Source: Hamiltosporidium tvaerminnensis FI-OER-3-3
Taxonomy: Eukaryota; Fungi; Microsporidia
Assembly (NCBI GenBank): GCA_022605425.2
Contig: CM061248.1
Coordinates: 1-64,000 of the forward strand
Direction: 5' to 3'
DNA length: 64,000 nucleotides
Part shown: one piece after another, positions 39,693 through 52,093 of the stretch
How the letters are laid out: every line of letters starts with the position of its first letter
How positions within the stretch are numbered: position 1 is the stretch's first letter
Program-made: the position numbers and the translations under genes
Notes under the pieces: model-generated
What the model was told of the DNA's origin: nothing
The model's input: the letters and a program-made list of their open reading frames with translations, nothing else
Databases searched by the model: none

Positions 39693-42164
39693 TTATTCAA
39701 TTATTCTGCAAATCCTATCAACAATTTCTTTGGTATTTCCAGAAATATTTAATTCACAATAAACTTTACCTTTATTTTCTAGTAAGACATTAATCCAAAC
39801 ACTATCTTCTTCATTTACATGAACACCACACAGACTCATTTCTACTTTCGTATTTTCAATATTTTGATCTTCTACTCGTAAATTTAATAAATTTAAAACT
39901 TTTTCTCTTCCTTCCATCAAATCACGTACTTCTAAACATAAATTCATTTTTTTATTTTCTTTTAGTTCTTTACATGGTAATTCATTTCTGAAATAATCAA
40001 GATAATTGATAAATAATGGAATAAATTGAAGATATTCTGTTTCTAGGTCATTAAAGTCATCATCTACACACAAATCATAACATAGAGCACCATTAAATAT
40101 TATCTGGTCTCCAATTTCTTCACTAGATTTAAATATTTTAATTTCTACATTTTTCTTTTCCATAAAACCAATATTTCCCAAATCAGCTTCATAAATATTT
40201 TTTTCTCCTTTCATTAGAAGTTGTATGACTCCATTTAAAACATTTACACCTTCTAAATTACTTTGAACAGAAAATTTAAAACTAAAAAAATCCGAATAAA
40301 TCAATTTTTCTACCGAAACGAAGAAATCAGAATTATCGACCAAAACAATCTCTTCGGATTTTTTAATCAAAAAATCTTTCTCCACCTGAATTTCCTCTTC
40401 CTTCTCATCCACTTCTACCCCCATAACATCTAAAACACTTTCTTTTAAAGATCCCAACTCTTCATAAGAAAACATTTCATTTTTTCTTTTAATTTCTTTT
40501 ATTTCCAATAATCCGTATAAAAATCGACTTACATTTTTAATATATTCATCTTCATCATAACAAGCAGTAACAACAATATTTTTATTAACAAATCCCATTC
40601 TAAACATTGCCATCAAAGCACCTCCTCTAACCCATGAATTATCTAAAATAAGTCTGTTTAAAACGTGCATATAATTTTTACTTTGAATACTAAATTTACT
40701 TAAAATATAAAGAATATCCAAACTTAATTCATAATACTGACTGTCTTCTAAATACGAACATAAAATATTCAAAACATTTTCTGTAAATTCATTATAAATA
40801 TTTACATTTACATCTTCGTTTCTGTAAGATTCTATTACTCTTTCTATAACTTGAATTAGATGCCTTTTAAATTTTAAAGTTCCTTTTTCTGTCAAAGCTT
40901 TGTTTGCAAATTCTAGAAATTCTTTTCCTTTTTCTTTGTATTTTAGTGTCATTCTTTCCAATGCACTGATTAAAATTATTTTGAAACTGTCAGGCAAAGT
41001 TCCTATAAATTCAGGAATTAAAGAAATCAGACGGTCTACTGTCTCTTCGTTTCCTGTTTTAAGAAGAATAGTGATTGCTAGAAGAGAAGTTGTTTTATTG
41101 CTATCAGATATCATGTCTTCTATTTCTTTATTTGCTTGTGAAATAGCAGAAATAAAAGAATTTTGAACGAAAGATGTTTTTTTAGATTCTTTTTTAAATT
41201 TATGTGATTCTTCTACGTAATTTTCAGTTTCCAAATATAAATTTTCAGAAGAACTTTCAGTTCCTTTTAATGTCAAATCCTGCAATACTCTTAATCCAGC
41301 AAATTTAATAATTTTTCTATTTGATCTTAAAAAGGAACGAAGTGTCGAAACAATTGCCGGTAAAAATTGTAAAATATCATCATTTTGAAATGTCAAAATA
41401 CTCCTTATTGCTTCAAGTGCATACATCTCTTCTTTACACGAAATATATTTTTTAAGAATTTCAGAACACAATTTTATATTTTTTTTGTATAAATGCGTTG
41501 AAAGTCTGATAATAAAAAAAGCGGGAATTCCTCTTCTATCCTTATTTTCTTTAAGAAGTACCAATAAAGAATTTATGTCACTTGATTTCAATTCATAAAG
41601 AAGTGCAAGAGAATGATAATTTGTTATTTGCTTGTCTGTAAAAAAATTGTGATTTAATGTCCATTTTTTAACTAAAATATGTGAATTTTGTTTCTCAATA
41701 TTAGAATCAGTAAGAATTCGATATAAAATACGAATTGCTGTAGATTTTCTTTGAATAGAATTTGATAGAAGAGCTTGTAAAACAAATTTTTCAAAATCGT
41801 TTAACATTACAGGAGGAATCATCATGAATAGAGTAGAAAGTGAATTTGCTTTAAGATTGTCTTGTTTTATTGTTCCTAAATCCTTAGAAACAACAGAAAT
41901 ACCAAAATATGAATCTGGTGTCTTTTTAATAATCATAGGTAATACAGAGTATACAACATGTCGTAAATAAACATCTTTAGATGTAAAAATTCTTAAAATA
42001 TAAAGATATATCGATTTTAAAGAATCTGGTGATAAGGAATGCGAGGAAACAAAATTTGCCAATGCATTCAATGCTCGTACATATTTTCTGGTCGTAGGAG
42101 TTTGTGCTGCAAATGTTGTTTGAAATTGTTTTAAAAGATCTTTTTCTGAAGAAATTTCTGTCAT
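39693..42164 (-). CDS. SEC21: Coatomer subunit gamma (gamma-COP)
   Basis: Adaptin-like trunk with SDSNKTTSLLAITILLKTGNEETVDRL, LCSYLEDSQY and LNRLILDNSWVRGGA. CCCC motif just upstream of ATG on the minus strand (+ strand gggg at 42171-42174). Confidence 0.93.
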   Translation of the reverse strand: MTEISSEKDLLKQFQTTFAAQTPTTRKYVRALNALANFVSSHSLSPDSLKSIYLYILRIFTSKDVYLRHVVYSVLPMIIKKTPDSYFGISVVSKDLGTIKQDNLKANSLSTLFMMIPPVMLNDFEKFVLQALLSNSIQRKSTAIRILYRILTDSNIEKQNSHILVKKWTLNHNFFTDKQITNYHSLALLYELKSSDINSLLVLLKENKDRRGIPAFFIIRLSTHLYKKNIKLCSEILKKYISCKEEMYALEAIRSILTFQNDDILQFLPAIVSTLRSFLRSNRKIIKFAGLRVLQDLTLKGTESSSENLYLETENYVEESHKFKKESKKTSFVQNSFISAISQANKEIEDMISDSNKTTSLLAITILLKTGNEETVDRLISLIPEFIGTLPDSFKIILISALERMTLKYKEKGKEFLEFANKALTEKGTLKFKRHLIQVIERVIESYRNEDVNVNIYNEFTENVLNILCSYLEDSQYYELSLDILYILSKFSIQSKNYMHVLNRLILDNSWVRGGALMAMFRMGFVNKNIVVTACYDEDEYIKNVSRFLYGLLEIKEIKRKNEMFSYEELGSLKESVLDVMGVEVDEKEEEIQVEKDFLIKKSEEIVLVDNSDFFVSVEKLIYSDFFSFKFSVQSNLEGVNVLNGVIQLLMKGEKNIYEADLGNIGFMEKKNVEIKIFKSSEEIGDQIIFNGALCYDLCVDDDFNDLETEYLQFIPLFINYLDYFRNELPCKELKENKKMNLCLEVRDLMEGREKVLNLLNLRVEDQNIENTKVEMSLCGVHVNEEDSVWINVLLENKGKVYCELNISGNTKEIVDRICRIIE

Positions 42165-43804
42165 TGAAAAGGGGTTTCGATAGTTTTTTGTAAATTTCTT
42201 TATTAATTTAGTTTTATTACAAGAAAAATATAACCAAGTAAAGGAAAAAGGAAAGTTAAATTTTTAAGAAAAAAAAATTTAAAAAAAAGAATTTCATTTT
42301 AAAGGATAGAAATTAAAATATTTTCTAATTATTGAATTTTAGGTTCAAACGAGAAATCACTGATATAATTTTATAGAAAAATGTAATTTATTGTATTTAT
42401 GATTTCTTTAATTGGACAAATATATTTTTTGAATAATTTAAGAAAATTCACTGTTTAAACCTCTTTTTAACCTTAAAAATATAAACGTGATTTATTTTCT
42501 TATCGAAGAATATTTTTGCAATTAGCATATTAATTAGAATATTTATAATTTAATTTTATTCATAAGAAATTAGGAAGAATTAAAGCGATACAACGGTAGT
42601 GAATCTTTAGGTTTTTAAAAAATAATTATTTAATACTCGAGTGTATTCCTACTTGTAATGTTGTATAATTAACGTGTAAAGAGACAATACTTTTTTACTG
42701 TCTAATATTTAATTTCTCTTTTGAATTTTTAACTTTAAATTTTCCCCATCTTTTTGGATTAGAAACTGTGAGCTTCTTTTTTTTTCAAATTTTTGTTTGA
42801 TTAATATTTCTTATTTATTGTGAATCTACCATTTCATTTTATTGTAGTATTTTCTTTTCAAGTCTCTTCTTCTTTTGATATATAAAACAAATTTATTTCA
42901 TTTATTAAATTGAATATAATAATTATTCTTAAGTACTATGGACTGAATGTATGCCTCTATTCTTACTGATACTTCGAATTGTAAAGTACCTTTTAAGGGG
43001 TAATCGTTTACAATCTAAATGAAAAAATAAAATGTAAAAAAAAATTTATAGAAACTGTAAAATTTTGCAACTTAAATAAATTCTAAAAGGAAATTATTAT
43101 TACAGTTTATTGACTGTAAAAAATTGTTTTTTCTATTAAAATTTATAATTTTAAACGTATAAATTTATTTGCTTACCTTGGAAAATATGATACTCAAAGA
43201 AATATTTTTTAATTGTAAATTTATTTATCGAATAATAAATTTGTTTGCTAATCTCAATGAATTTAAACTAAAAAAATATTTTTTAATTGTAAATTTATTT
43301 ATGGAATCAGTAATTTGTTTGCTAATCTTGGAGAATATGATACCCAAAGAAATATTTAAAATTCTAATTTTTTTTTAGTTTGTAAATTTGTTTGGAGATT
43401 TACATTAAATTACCAAAAGGATCTTTTTTTTGGGAATCAATTTCTTATTTACTTCTTATTTCATAATTCAAATCCAACTTTATTTTTCCTCTAGAGTATT
43501 GTATTATAGTTTAAATCATAAGAAATATTAAATATTTATTAGATAGCTTATATGAATCTAGAAAGAGTATATTTTAAAAGAGAATATTGTAAAATTTATA
43601 AATAATAATACTTTACAGAAAAGATGAAATATTTATTTCAAGTTCAAAGAAATATTTTGGAATGTTTATTAAGTTTCTAAAAAGTTAATTCATAATTAAA
43701 AATATATTGTTGAAATAATATAATTTTATATTTTTGGTTGATATATTTTTTAAAAAAATAGAAAAAAAGATAAAAATAGTATTCACTGTCTTTTAATGAA
43801 GTTT

Positions 43805-45280
43805 CTAATGTGCTATAATAGGTAGATTCCCTGTAACAATAACATCTTCTAGTATAGAACCATCCGGTATTTGTATAGAAGAATTTTCATTTGCTATGAT
43901 AATCACTGTTCCTTTTAGAACAACATTTTTACCGAATCTGACATTTCCACTGACAGTGAGATGGTCGAGTTCTAAAATATCGGGAATTGTAAGAAAAGAT
44001 TTCATGAAACTTGAAACTTCTTTGAAGTTTTTCCCAAGAAGTTTGACCAATGGATTTTGTAAGTATATTCGTTTTGGGTTGACACCTAAAGTACCTTCTC
44101 TCTCAATAAACAAATTGCTTTGGAGTAGAAACAAGTCGGAGCATGTTTTTACAGGAAGAAATCTTCTTCTCGGCACTACCATTCCAGCAGCTTTAGGAAA
44201 ATATTTTATTGCTGCGCCAATAGCTGTTTCCAACTGAATTACTGTTTCACCGGAAGTAGGCAGTTTCTTACGGTTGACAATAATATCCAAATCGAGAGGA
44301 CCAGAATCAAGAACTTTTTTTACTGTTTTAAGATTTATCCAGACAGAATTCGTATTAAAAATCTTAAATTTTCTTACACTGGTAAATTCACTTTTTTTTT
44401 CGTCGGGCACTTGAGCGATTTCTAGAAGTCTCAAAGAATTTTCATATTTAACGAGTGTTCCACCTTTGATGTCTGCACGTGTTTTTTCTGTTACTTCCAT
44501 AAGAAAGTCAATGTCGTTCTCGATGAGATGTTCTAGGATTTTGAAATCGACAGTGGCTGCCAAATTGTCGATGTTGCTAACAAACAGATATTCTTTACCT
44601 TCATTTATCAGTTCATCAAGCATTCCTGTATCTTTCAATGACTGTAGAAGATCACCGTGTCCGGGTGGATAGAAACAAGCATCGGCATTACTTGTACAAA
44701 GAGGTAGTAAGGAATCTTCTGAAATTCTTGGAAATATACTTTGTGAAAATGTTCTTATTCCGTTGTATCTAAATATCATTTTGTTTGTAGATTTCTCTGT
44801 ATTGAAGCTATTCATGAGAATCAGTGGTACGCAAACTTTATGTTCTTTATGAAGATTGTCTATTTGCTTTACACAGAGATCTAAAAAATTTTGACCATTT
44901 CTTACTTTTATAGCACTCTTTGGTCCGACACAGCCCATTGTTGTTCCAAGTCCACCGTTAAGCTTCAAGACAGCCAGTTTTTCAAGCAATTTTGAAGATT
45001 TGTTCGGATCTTCATCGTGCAAGTCGTTATACATAATAATTTTGTCTTCCGGTGGTGGTTTTATATCATCCCATCTTATTTTTTCATCTTTTATTTTCAA
45101 AAATCTCTCAAATAGCCGATAAAATTGATCGAGATTGCCTGGTGTCGCTTTATAGTCTTTTGTAGACTTAAGAATGTTTATTTCATGCTTCATTCTTTCT
45201 AATAGTATTCGTTTTCTTCGCTCCTGATATTCCAACGAAGATTTTATTAAATGTTGATCATCATTTTCCATGGAACCCAT
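43805..45280 (-). CDS. UGP1: UTP--glucose-1-phosphate uridylyltransferase
   Basis: KLAVLKLNGGLGTTMGCVGPKS, LMNSFNT, YPPGHGD, VSNIDNL, ADIKGGTL, LEIAQVP, RFLPVKTCSDL, C-terminal beta-helix. Confidence 0.98.
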   Translation of the reverse strand: MGSMENDDQHLIKSSLEYQERRKRILLERMKHEINILKSTKDYKATPGNLDQFYRLFERFLKIKDEKIRWDDIKPPPEDKIIMYNDLHDEDPNKSSKLLEKLAVLKLNGGLGTTMGCVGPKSAIKVRNGQNFLDLCVKQIDNLHKEHKVCVPLILMNSFNTEKSTNKMIFRYNGIRTFSQSIFPRISEDSLLPLCTSNADACFYPPGHGDLLQSLKDTGMLDELINEGKEYLFVSNIDNLAATVDFKILEHLIENDIDFLMEVTEKTRADIKGGTLVKYENSLRLLEIAQVPDEKKSEFTSVRKFKIFNTNSVWINLKTVKKVLDSGPLDLDIIVNRKKLPTSGETVIQLETAIGAAIKYFPKAAGMVVPRRRFLPVKTCSDLFLLQSNLFIEREGTLGVNPKRIYLQNPLVKLLGKNFKEVSSFMKSFLTIPDILELDHLTVSGNVRFGKNVVLKGTVIIIANENSSIQIPDGSILEDVIVTGNLPIIAH

Positions 45281-47791
45281 TTCACGTGCACTTAAATAGT
45301 TTGATTTTTTTATCTACCAATAAATTTGTATATCTTCATACATAAAAAGGAGTATAATTGCATCCACAAATCATACAAAGTTTACTCCTTTTTTTATAAA
45401 ATATTAATATTTTTATTTGTTAGTTCAAATTTCTTAACCAATCATTTCTATAATTTCTTATCTTTAAGGTTAATTATAATATTTGCTATTTATAGTAATT
45501 TATTACTTTTAAGTTAATTCCCCCTTTTTTAAATAATTATCTTCTTTCATGTATTATTTTTATCTAAATTTTATATTTGATAAATTAAAATTCAATATTT
45601 TTAAATAAATTGCCAATTTCGGTAAAACAAAGTATGAAATTTATAAAAACCATACAAATTTTTCAAAATTCTTTTATAAAACATATGTGTGATAAGCATC
45701 TTACAATTTCAAATCTGAACAATAAAATTCTTATCTCTATTTTAATATCTTAAAATTGTTGTATAAGACTTATATACCTCAAAATTTCATTTATTATATC
45801 ATAAAAAAGATAAAAATGATATAAGTTAACTCTTTTTGTACATTAAAATAATTAAATTTATTTTTGTTCTTTTTTTTACTTTCGATCAATTTCTAACCAA
45901 ACTTTTATAATAATGTATGAAATAACAAATGAAATTTATTTCTGATTATCCTTTGAAAATCTCCTTTCTTTTAATTAATGCTAATCTATTCTTTTACTCC
46001 TTATTAATGTAACATTAATTAATTTATAAATATATATTAATTGCTGATATTTCTTTATTTATTCATGTTATAGTCCGATTAAGCTATTTAACAATTCTTC
46101 TTTAAGCAAACATATTAGTATTAGTAAGTCTTTTTCGTATATTTCATCTTTTTTTACGTAAAACATCTTTGATTCATTAAAATCTTAAAAAAACTAAAAT
46201 TTAACGTATAAAATCCTATAAGTGTCACATTAGATTATAATATTTACTTATTTACTAGCATTTATCAACCGATTGATATTATATTTCACTTTTTAATTAT
46301 CTAACGTAATATATCTCGTTAGTATGTATTCAACTTATAAAGATTAGTTTTTATATCTATTCGACTACAATATATTTATTTGAGATGAACTTTCAGTTAA
46401 AATTTTTTAAGCACGATTCAACAGAATATAGAACTGTTTTATCGAAATACTTTCATACCAGAGATTAAATACAATAACTTACACATATGAAATAAACAAA
46501 GTAAAATTTATATTCATAACATTGAAAGTATTTTACATTCAATCAGAAATTCATACGCTTGCAGTAAATTCTTAGTTGTTGATTTGATCGATATTTAAAT
46601 AGCTTCCTGTTTGTTATATTATTACTTATTCGAACAATAGAAATACAAACGATATTATATCAAATATTCAAAGTTTACATCTTTATTAAATTAAAGAACC
46701 ACAATTTCTTCTAATAACAAACTATATTTATTCATGAAATGAAACATAATAGAAGAAACTCGGTGCATATAGTATCCAAAGCTATAAATAGCTTTAAAAT
46801 TATATTTAAAATCACATTTTCTTATCAATTTTGTTTTATTTATAGTCTATACTAAGAATTTTTAATAAATTGTGACTCGAATAGAAAAATGAATTTCAAA
46901 AAAATCGGCTTCTAGAAATTCGTTGTAACTTTAAAAAAAACTGTTTGAGATATTCAAAGAATAACCATATAACTTATTGTTTCTTCTATTATTTAAATCT
47001 TTATAATTAAAAGTATTAAGCTTTTATATAAACATAAATATATCATTAATATATTTTAGAAAATAATTTTTTAAGTTATATGTGATATATTTAAGATTAC
47101 TGAATATTGAAATATTTCTATACTTTCTTAGTTTCTGTAGGTACAAAGAATATTCATACTTCATAAGATTATATTTTTTTTGATATAGAAATGGTTATCG
47201 TTGATTCTTTGAATCGAAGCGTTTGATATTTTTTTGCTGCACAAAATTTGTTTTTTATTCAATATTTCGCTAATTTAAATATACGTATATTGATTATTAA
47301 AAACTATGCAAATATAAAAAATTTAAATACATTGTATTGATTCGTATTCGGAGTATAAAATATGACTTTCTTTACGCATCATGATTATGTTTGGTAAATT
47401 TTATTAAATTTATTTAACAAATAAAGAATATAAATGTTAACTTTTTTTGTCCGGCAAAATTTTAATAAAAGATAATTTATTATTCTGTTCAAATAGAAGA
47501 TTCACATTTTGGGATTTAAAATGGTATTTTAATTCTTATCATTAAATAATAATCTATGTATTGGGTTTTTGTACGAATTATAAAAATCTGATTCGAAATA
47601 GGTAGGTTTTATAAACAATGGATTTTTTTGTCTGATAGTAGTAGTTAGGATAATTAAAAAAAATTCTCTCTTTTTTTTAAAGAAGTCTTTTTGGAAAGTA
47701 AATCTATAATGATTGTTCTCAGATATAATGATAAGTAAATAACAAAGACTTTTTATACTTACTTACTGATTACATTCCTCTTTAAAATCTT

Positions 47792-47981
47792 AGTGTCGAG
47801 GATAAAACAGAAAAATTTCTAATTTTTTTCTTTTAATATGTTGTAACTCGGGGTTTTAGGGGATAGGTCTATAAATCCAACATGGTTTATATTCCACCAA
47901 AATTTCAACAATAATTCCACAATAATTTCACGTACTCATTACCAACCAGATAGTTTTTAATGTGGTAATCCTCCGTTACCA
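47792..47981 (-). repeat. Dispersed repeat, short ~190-bp form (copy E)
   Basis: AGTGTCGAGGAT left end as in copy D. Right end actcattaccaaccagatagtttttaatgtggtaatcctccgttacca is homologous to the family head. Confidence 0.75.
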
Positions 47982-48854
47982 AAAAACTATTGCTTAATAT
48001 TTAAATGAGACCTGATTTTGATTATAACTAACTGTATAATTATTAATAGATAGCTGGGCTTGCAAAATGAACATTGCAAGCGATATTGTAGCCTCTAAGT
48101 TTCTCTTCTTAAAATTTAAAAATTTATATGAATACATAAATATTTTCTTTAAGTAATTTAAAATGGATAAAAAACTCTTCGTGGAAATTTTTAAAAAAAA
48201 AATTGTACTTTAGAATTAAATTTCATTAAAATTTGATATCTAACTATGAAACAATTTAATTTTACTTTTTTTTAATATTGTGTTCTCGTTCATAGTAATC
48301 AATACTTAGGTGTATATCTTGCTATTCTATTAATTGTATTTATAATTTATTTTGATATTCCTCTTAGTATATTGGGATGTAAAATCGTCTCAATATGTCC
48401 AAAAAGTTTATTCGGATATTTCCATTAAAAATATTTCTAGGTATATATGAATCATATTGTTTATTATTTTGATATAAGAATAAGAAAACACATTATTCAA
48501 GCAAATCAGATGTCTTAATTTACATAAATAGCTTTATATTTGTTTTTTAATATTTATAAAGCCTTTTCAATTTAATATATCATATTGTAAACCTTTATGT
48601 TTTGTAGAATTAAAAAAATTTGCTATTTTCTTTGAATCTTTTCGTTATCTATTAATATGTATTTTATTCTTGCAACCTGGATTAATATCTTAGCTAGAAC
48701 TGAAATAATTATTATTATTTATATTCTTTTAAAGTGTGCGTATGTATTCGAAGTATAAATATTTTGGTTATCAAGAGTCTGTAAAAGGTTTCAAGTAAAA
48801 ATATTTAGAAAAGACATAAAATACAATTTAATAGAATAAATGCGGTAAAACAAT

Positions 48855-51158
48855 TTATATTTTTTTCTTTGCAAGCTTTCTTTGATATTTTTTGCTCGAG
48901 AAAAACAGATCTTTGCTTTTAAACGGTTTACATAGACGAATCAATTCCTTTTCCATCATCATTTTTTCGTGTATTTTTTTCATATTCAAATGGTTTTTAT
49001 TTGATTTTTCTACAGATAAATCTTCTTCTGTACGACGCAAATATTCGTTTGAATCATTTTTTCTATTACAATCATGCTCGGGGTTCAAAATAGTTGTTCT
49101 GTGATTGTCCATATGCGACTTAATGATGTTTTTCTTGTTTTTCATTATATTTCTTGACAAATCATTGCTGGAAATGTTCTTTGATCTCGTATTATTACAA
49201 TTCGTAACATTTAATCCCAAATTACTTGTTTCTTCAGAAATATTCGAACTGTTGTGATAATCAAGTAATGAATTTTGTTTTTCATCTTTTGGTGCAGTCT
49301 GTTGTGTCGAAAAATATTGATCAATTTTTTTCTTTAGGTTTAGAATTTCACTTAAAGTATTCTCTAAACCCTTTTTGAGAGATATGACATCCAAATTTTG
49401 GGAACCTACATTTTGGGGTTCAAATAATAATGAAATTTTTGATTCACTTGATGGAAAACTCAATTCTTTATTTTCACTTTGGGATAAACCCAAGGTATCA
49501 TTCGTCATCTCATTAAATTTTCTCAGTTCGGCTAATCTCTCAACCAAATTTAATGTTTCTTCATACTGCGTTGTATTGCCAATAAATTCTTCACATTTAT
49601 AAATCGAGTTTATTTCTTTCATAAATTCGCTAATTATCTCAAGGATATCTTTATCAGAATGAATAAGCTTTGTCATTAAGGCCATTGAAAAATTTTGTAT
49701 TAAAGATTTAATATTTTTAAATGTTTGAATAATCTTTATCGATTCATCTAGTAGTTGCTTTATAATCGAAATATCCATACTGTTGTCTGATACGTAATCC
49801 GGTACTTTAAAGGTCAATTCATCCAAATCAGCAAGAGGATCCGTTGAACATGAACTAATAGAATTATTTCGGGATGTTTTCATACCAGAAACAGCCTCCG
49901 CAATAGAATAATTCTCATTATATTCAATTTTAAAAGTATCTGTAGTATCTATGCCTTTCTCCTTTTGATCTGACAAATAGTGTAGCTCTTCATTTTCATA
50001 TATACACTTTTCTGTTTTACATGATGGTTTTACTCCAGTTTTGTGTATTTCTTCAAATTTTTTTACCCTTTCTTTCACCTTTTTTCCTCCGCTGCCGCTT
50101 TCTTCCTCTCGATTATCGATGATTTCATTCGTAACATTATTTGTTGATTCCAAAGTAGTACTATTTCTGCCATCCAAATCAGCCGGCATACCAATCATGT
50201 TAGATTTTTCATCCTCTATTGATAATATTTTTGCAGCTTCTCTGAACTGCGTAGAAATGGAATTTCGTCCTCCGCTAACTTCTGATTTATGATTATTTAA
50301 AACACCCTTCATTTCATCTTGTGCAACTTCATAGGCTAAAGGAGTCGCAGAAGCTGCATGATCTACCTCATACCTGACATAATATGCAGCTTCAAATGTA
50401 GTCAATTCATCTTCACTGCAAGTATCTGGATAAACCCAGTTTGTTCTATTAATCCTGTGACCGCTTAACGGATATTCGAGTTTGTTTGTATTTGAACCTG
50501 ATGTTGAATCGATTTTTTCTAGACGATCCAAAAAATCGGGTGTTAATGAACCGTCTGAATCCAAAGAGTCGGGTTTAGTTGCTTTTAGAGAATCTAAAAA
50601 ATCCGAGGAACTCATTCTAGACTGCTCTAGTCTAAAATCAGCTCCGAAGGTTTCAAAATATTCGTTCAACCTTAAGCCTCTAAAATCCTTTGGAATAGAA
50701 GCAAGATCAAAAACCTGTGAAGCTTCTTCATCTTCTTCATCTTCTTTATCTTCGAATATTATAGGCAATCCGTTTCTAACATACGTTCGATTTATTTCTT
50801 CTGTATTTATAGCCGCGGAGGGCGAGGAAGTCACGGTTTGTTTTTCGAACCTATCAATATCATAATAGGGTTCTTCTTCTAACTCAGGGAATGTCTCATC
50901 TTCTAATAACTCATACGAACTATTCGATTCACTTTGTAAAAGTCCTGGTGTGCTATGAGTGTCTCGTGTGATACCATCCACCTGGATTTCATACGGTTCA
51001 TAAGACGAATCTTGATTAACTCTTTTACCACAATAACACATGATTATAAAAAACCACATTCGATAGGATTTCATTCCTAAAAATTCCATGCTTATTTTTT
51101 CTACCAAATATTTATTTATTTTAAATTGATAAATTATTTTGATAAACTCATGTTTCAT
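48855..51158 (-). CDS. Orphan, largely low-complexity protein, putatively secreted; true start probably 51089 or 51074
   Basis: 767-codon ORF in very AT-rich DNA. Short hydrophobic stretch MWFFIIMCYC near the N-terminus; acidic/Ser-rich body; basic C-terminus. Confidence 0.8.
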   Translation of the reverse strand: MKHEFIKIIYQFKINKYLVEKISMEFLGMKSYRMWFFIIMCYCGKRVNQDSSYEPYEIQVDGITRDTHSTPGLLQSESNSSYELLEDETFPELEEEPYYDIDRFEKQTVTSSPSAAINTEEINRTYVRNGLPIIFEDKEDEEDEEASQVFDLASIPKDFRGLRLNEYFETFGADFRLEQSRMSSSDFLDSLKATKPDSLDSDGSLTPDFLDRLEKIDSTSGSNTNKLEYPLSGHRINRTNWVYPDTCSEDELTTFEAAYYVRYEVDHAASATPLAYEVAQDEMKGVLNNHKSEVSGGRNSISTQFREAAKILSIEDEKSNMIGMPADLDGRNSTTLESTNNVTNEIIDNREEESGSGGKKVKERVKKFEEIHKTGVKPSCKTEKCIYENEELHYLSDQKEKGIDTTDTFKIEYNENYSIAEAVSGMKTSRNNSISSCSTDPLADLDELTFKVPDYVSDNSMDISIIKQLLDESIKIIQTFKNIKSLIQNFSMALMTKLIHSDKDILEIISEFMKEINSIYKCEEFIGNTTQYEETLNLVERLAELRKFNEMTNDTLGLSQSENKELSFPSSESKISLLFEPQNVGSQNLDVISLKKGLENTLSEILNLKKKIDQYFSTQQTAPKDEKQNSLLDYHNSSNISEETSNLGLNVTNCNNTRSKNISSNDLSRNIMKNKKNIIKSHMDNHRTTILNPEHDCNRKNDSNEYLRRTEEDLSVEKSNKNHLNMKKIHEKMMMEKELIRLCKPFKSKDLFFSSKKYQRKLAKKKI

Positions 51159-52093
51159 ATTAATTTCTTCATCAACATATTCTTGAATATTTGAATTGTT
51201 CTATTATTAATTGATAATTTAAATTAAAGATAATTCATTCTCTATTTACGTCAAATATTTCATTCTAAGTACCTAGCTTCAAATTTATTTACTCAATATT
51301 TATTCAAATTCTGTCAATGAATTCAAAATTTATTATTTTAAATTAATAATTTGGCCTAAAATGGTAAATACGCTTTAATGTTTTTTTTATGAATTCTCCT
51401 TTTTTTAAAGAAAAAAATTCGTGATAATAATTTTTAGGCATAAAAAAATTCATTACATCATGAAAACATCTTTGAATTTATGTTTAGAAATACAAAAAAA
51501 ATTGTTAGAATCATTAAAACAATGATAAATTGAAGGAAATTAGATCAAAAAATACAAATATAGTTTTAAAGTATTAATTTTATTACATATAAATATAATT
51601 TGGAATCAATTTAAAAATTATATATTTTCTGTATTTCATCAAAAGTTTCAGATTTAGATATAACCTATAGAGAGCTTATTATTCTCGGCTTTAGTTTTTA
51701 GTTAAATAAAACAATTTTAAATAAAATTTCGTACTAAACATTTGCAATATATAAGTATTATAATATATAAAACATACTTAAAAAACATGCCTATAAAAAA
51801 AATTTAAATTTTAAAACAAGTGAATATTCTTTATAAAATGTTCTTCAAATGTGCAATTTTTATTCTTTTTGGTAAATTATACCTGTGCTAGTTTCATTTA
51901 ATATAAAATACTTAAGTTAGAATGTGACTAATATTTTTTTGAAAAGCTTTTTATTTGAAAAAAAATATTTGAAGACAAAAAATCAAAATGTGAAACATTT
52001 GTAATTTTAATTTATCATGTGATTTTGAAAAAAATAGTAATGTCAATCAGATAAAATTTAAATTTAAAATACAATTTATTATTCATTAAAAAG

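Noticed and set aside
48058-48081. 8-bp perfect hairpin GCTTGCAA/TTGCAAGC as a Helitron 3' end or terminator
   Set aside because: No CTRR terminus at the expected distance and no second copy in the window.
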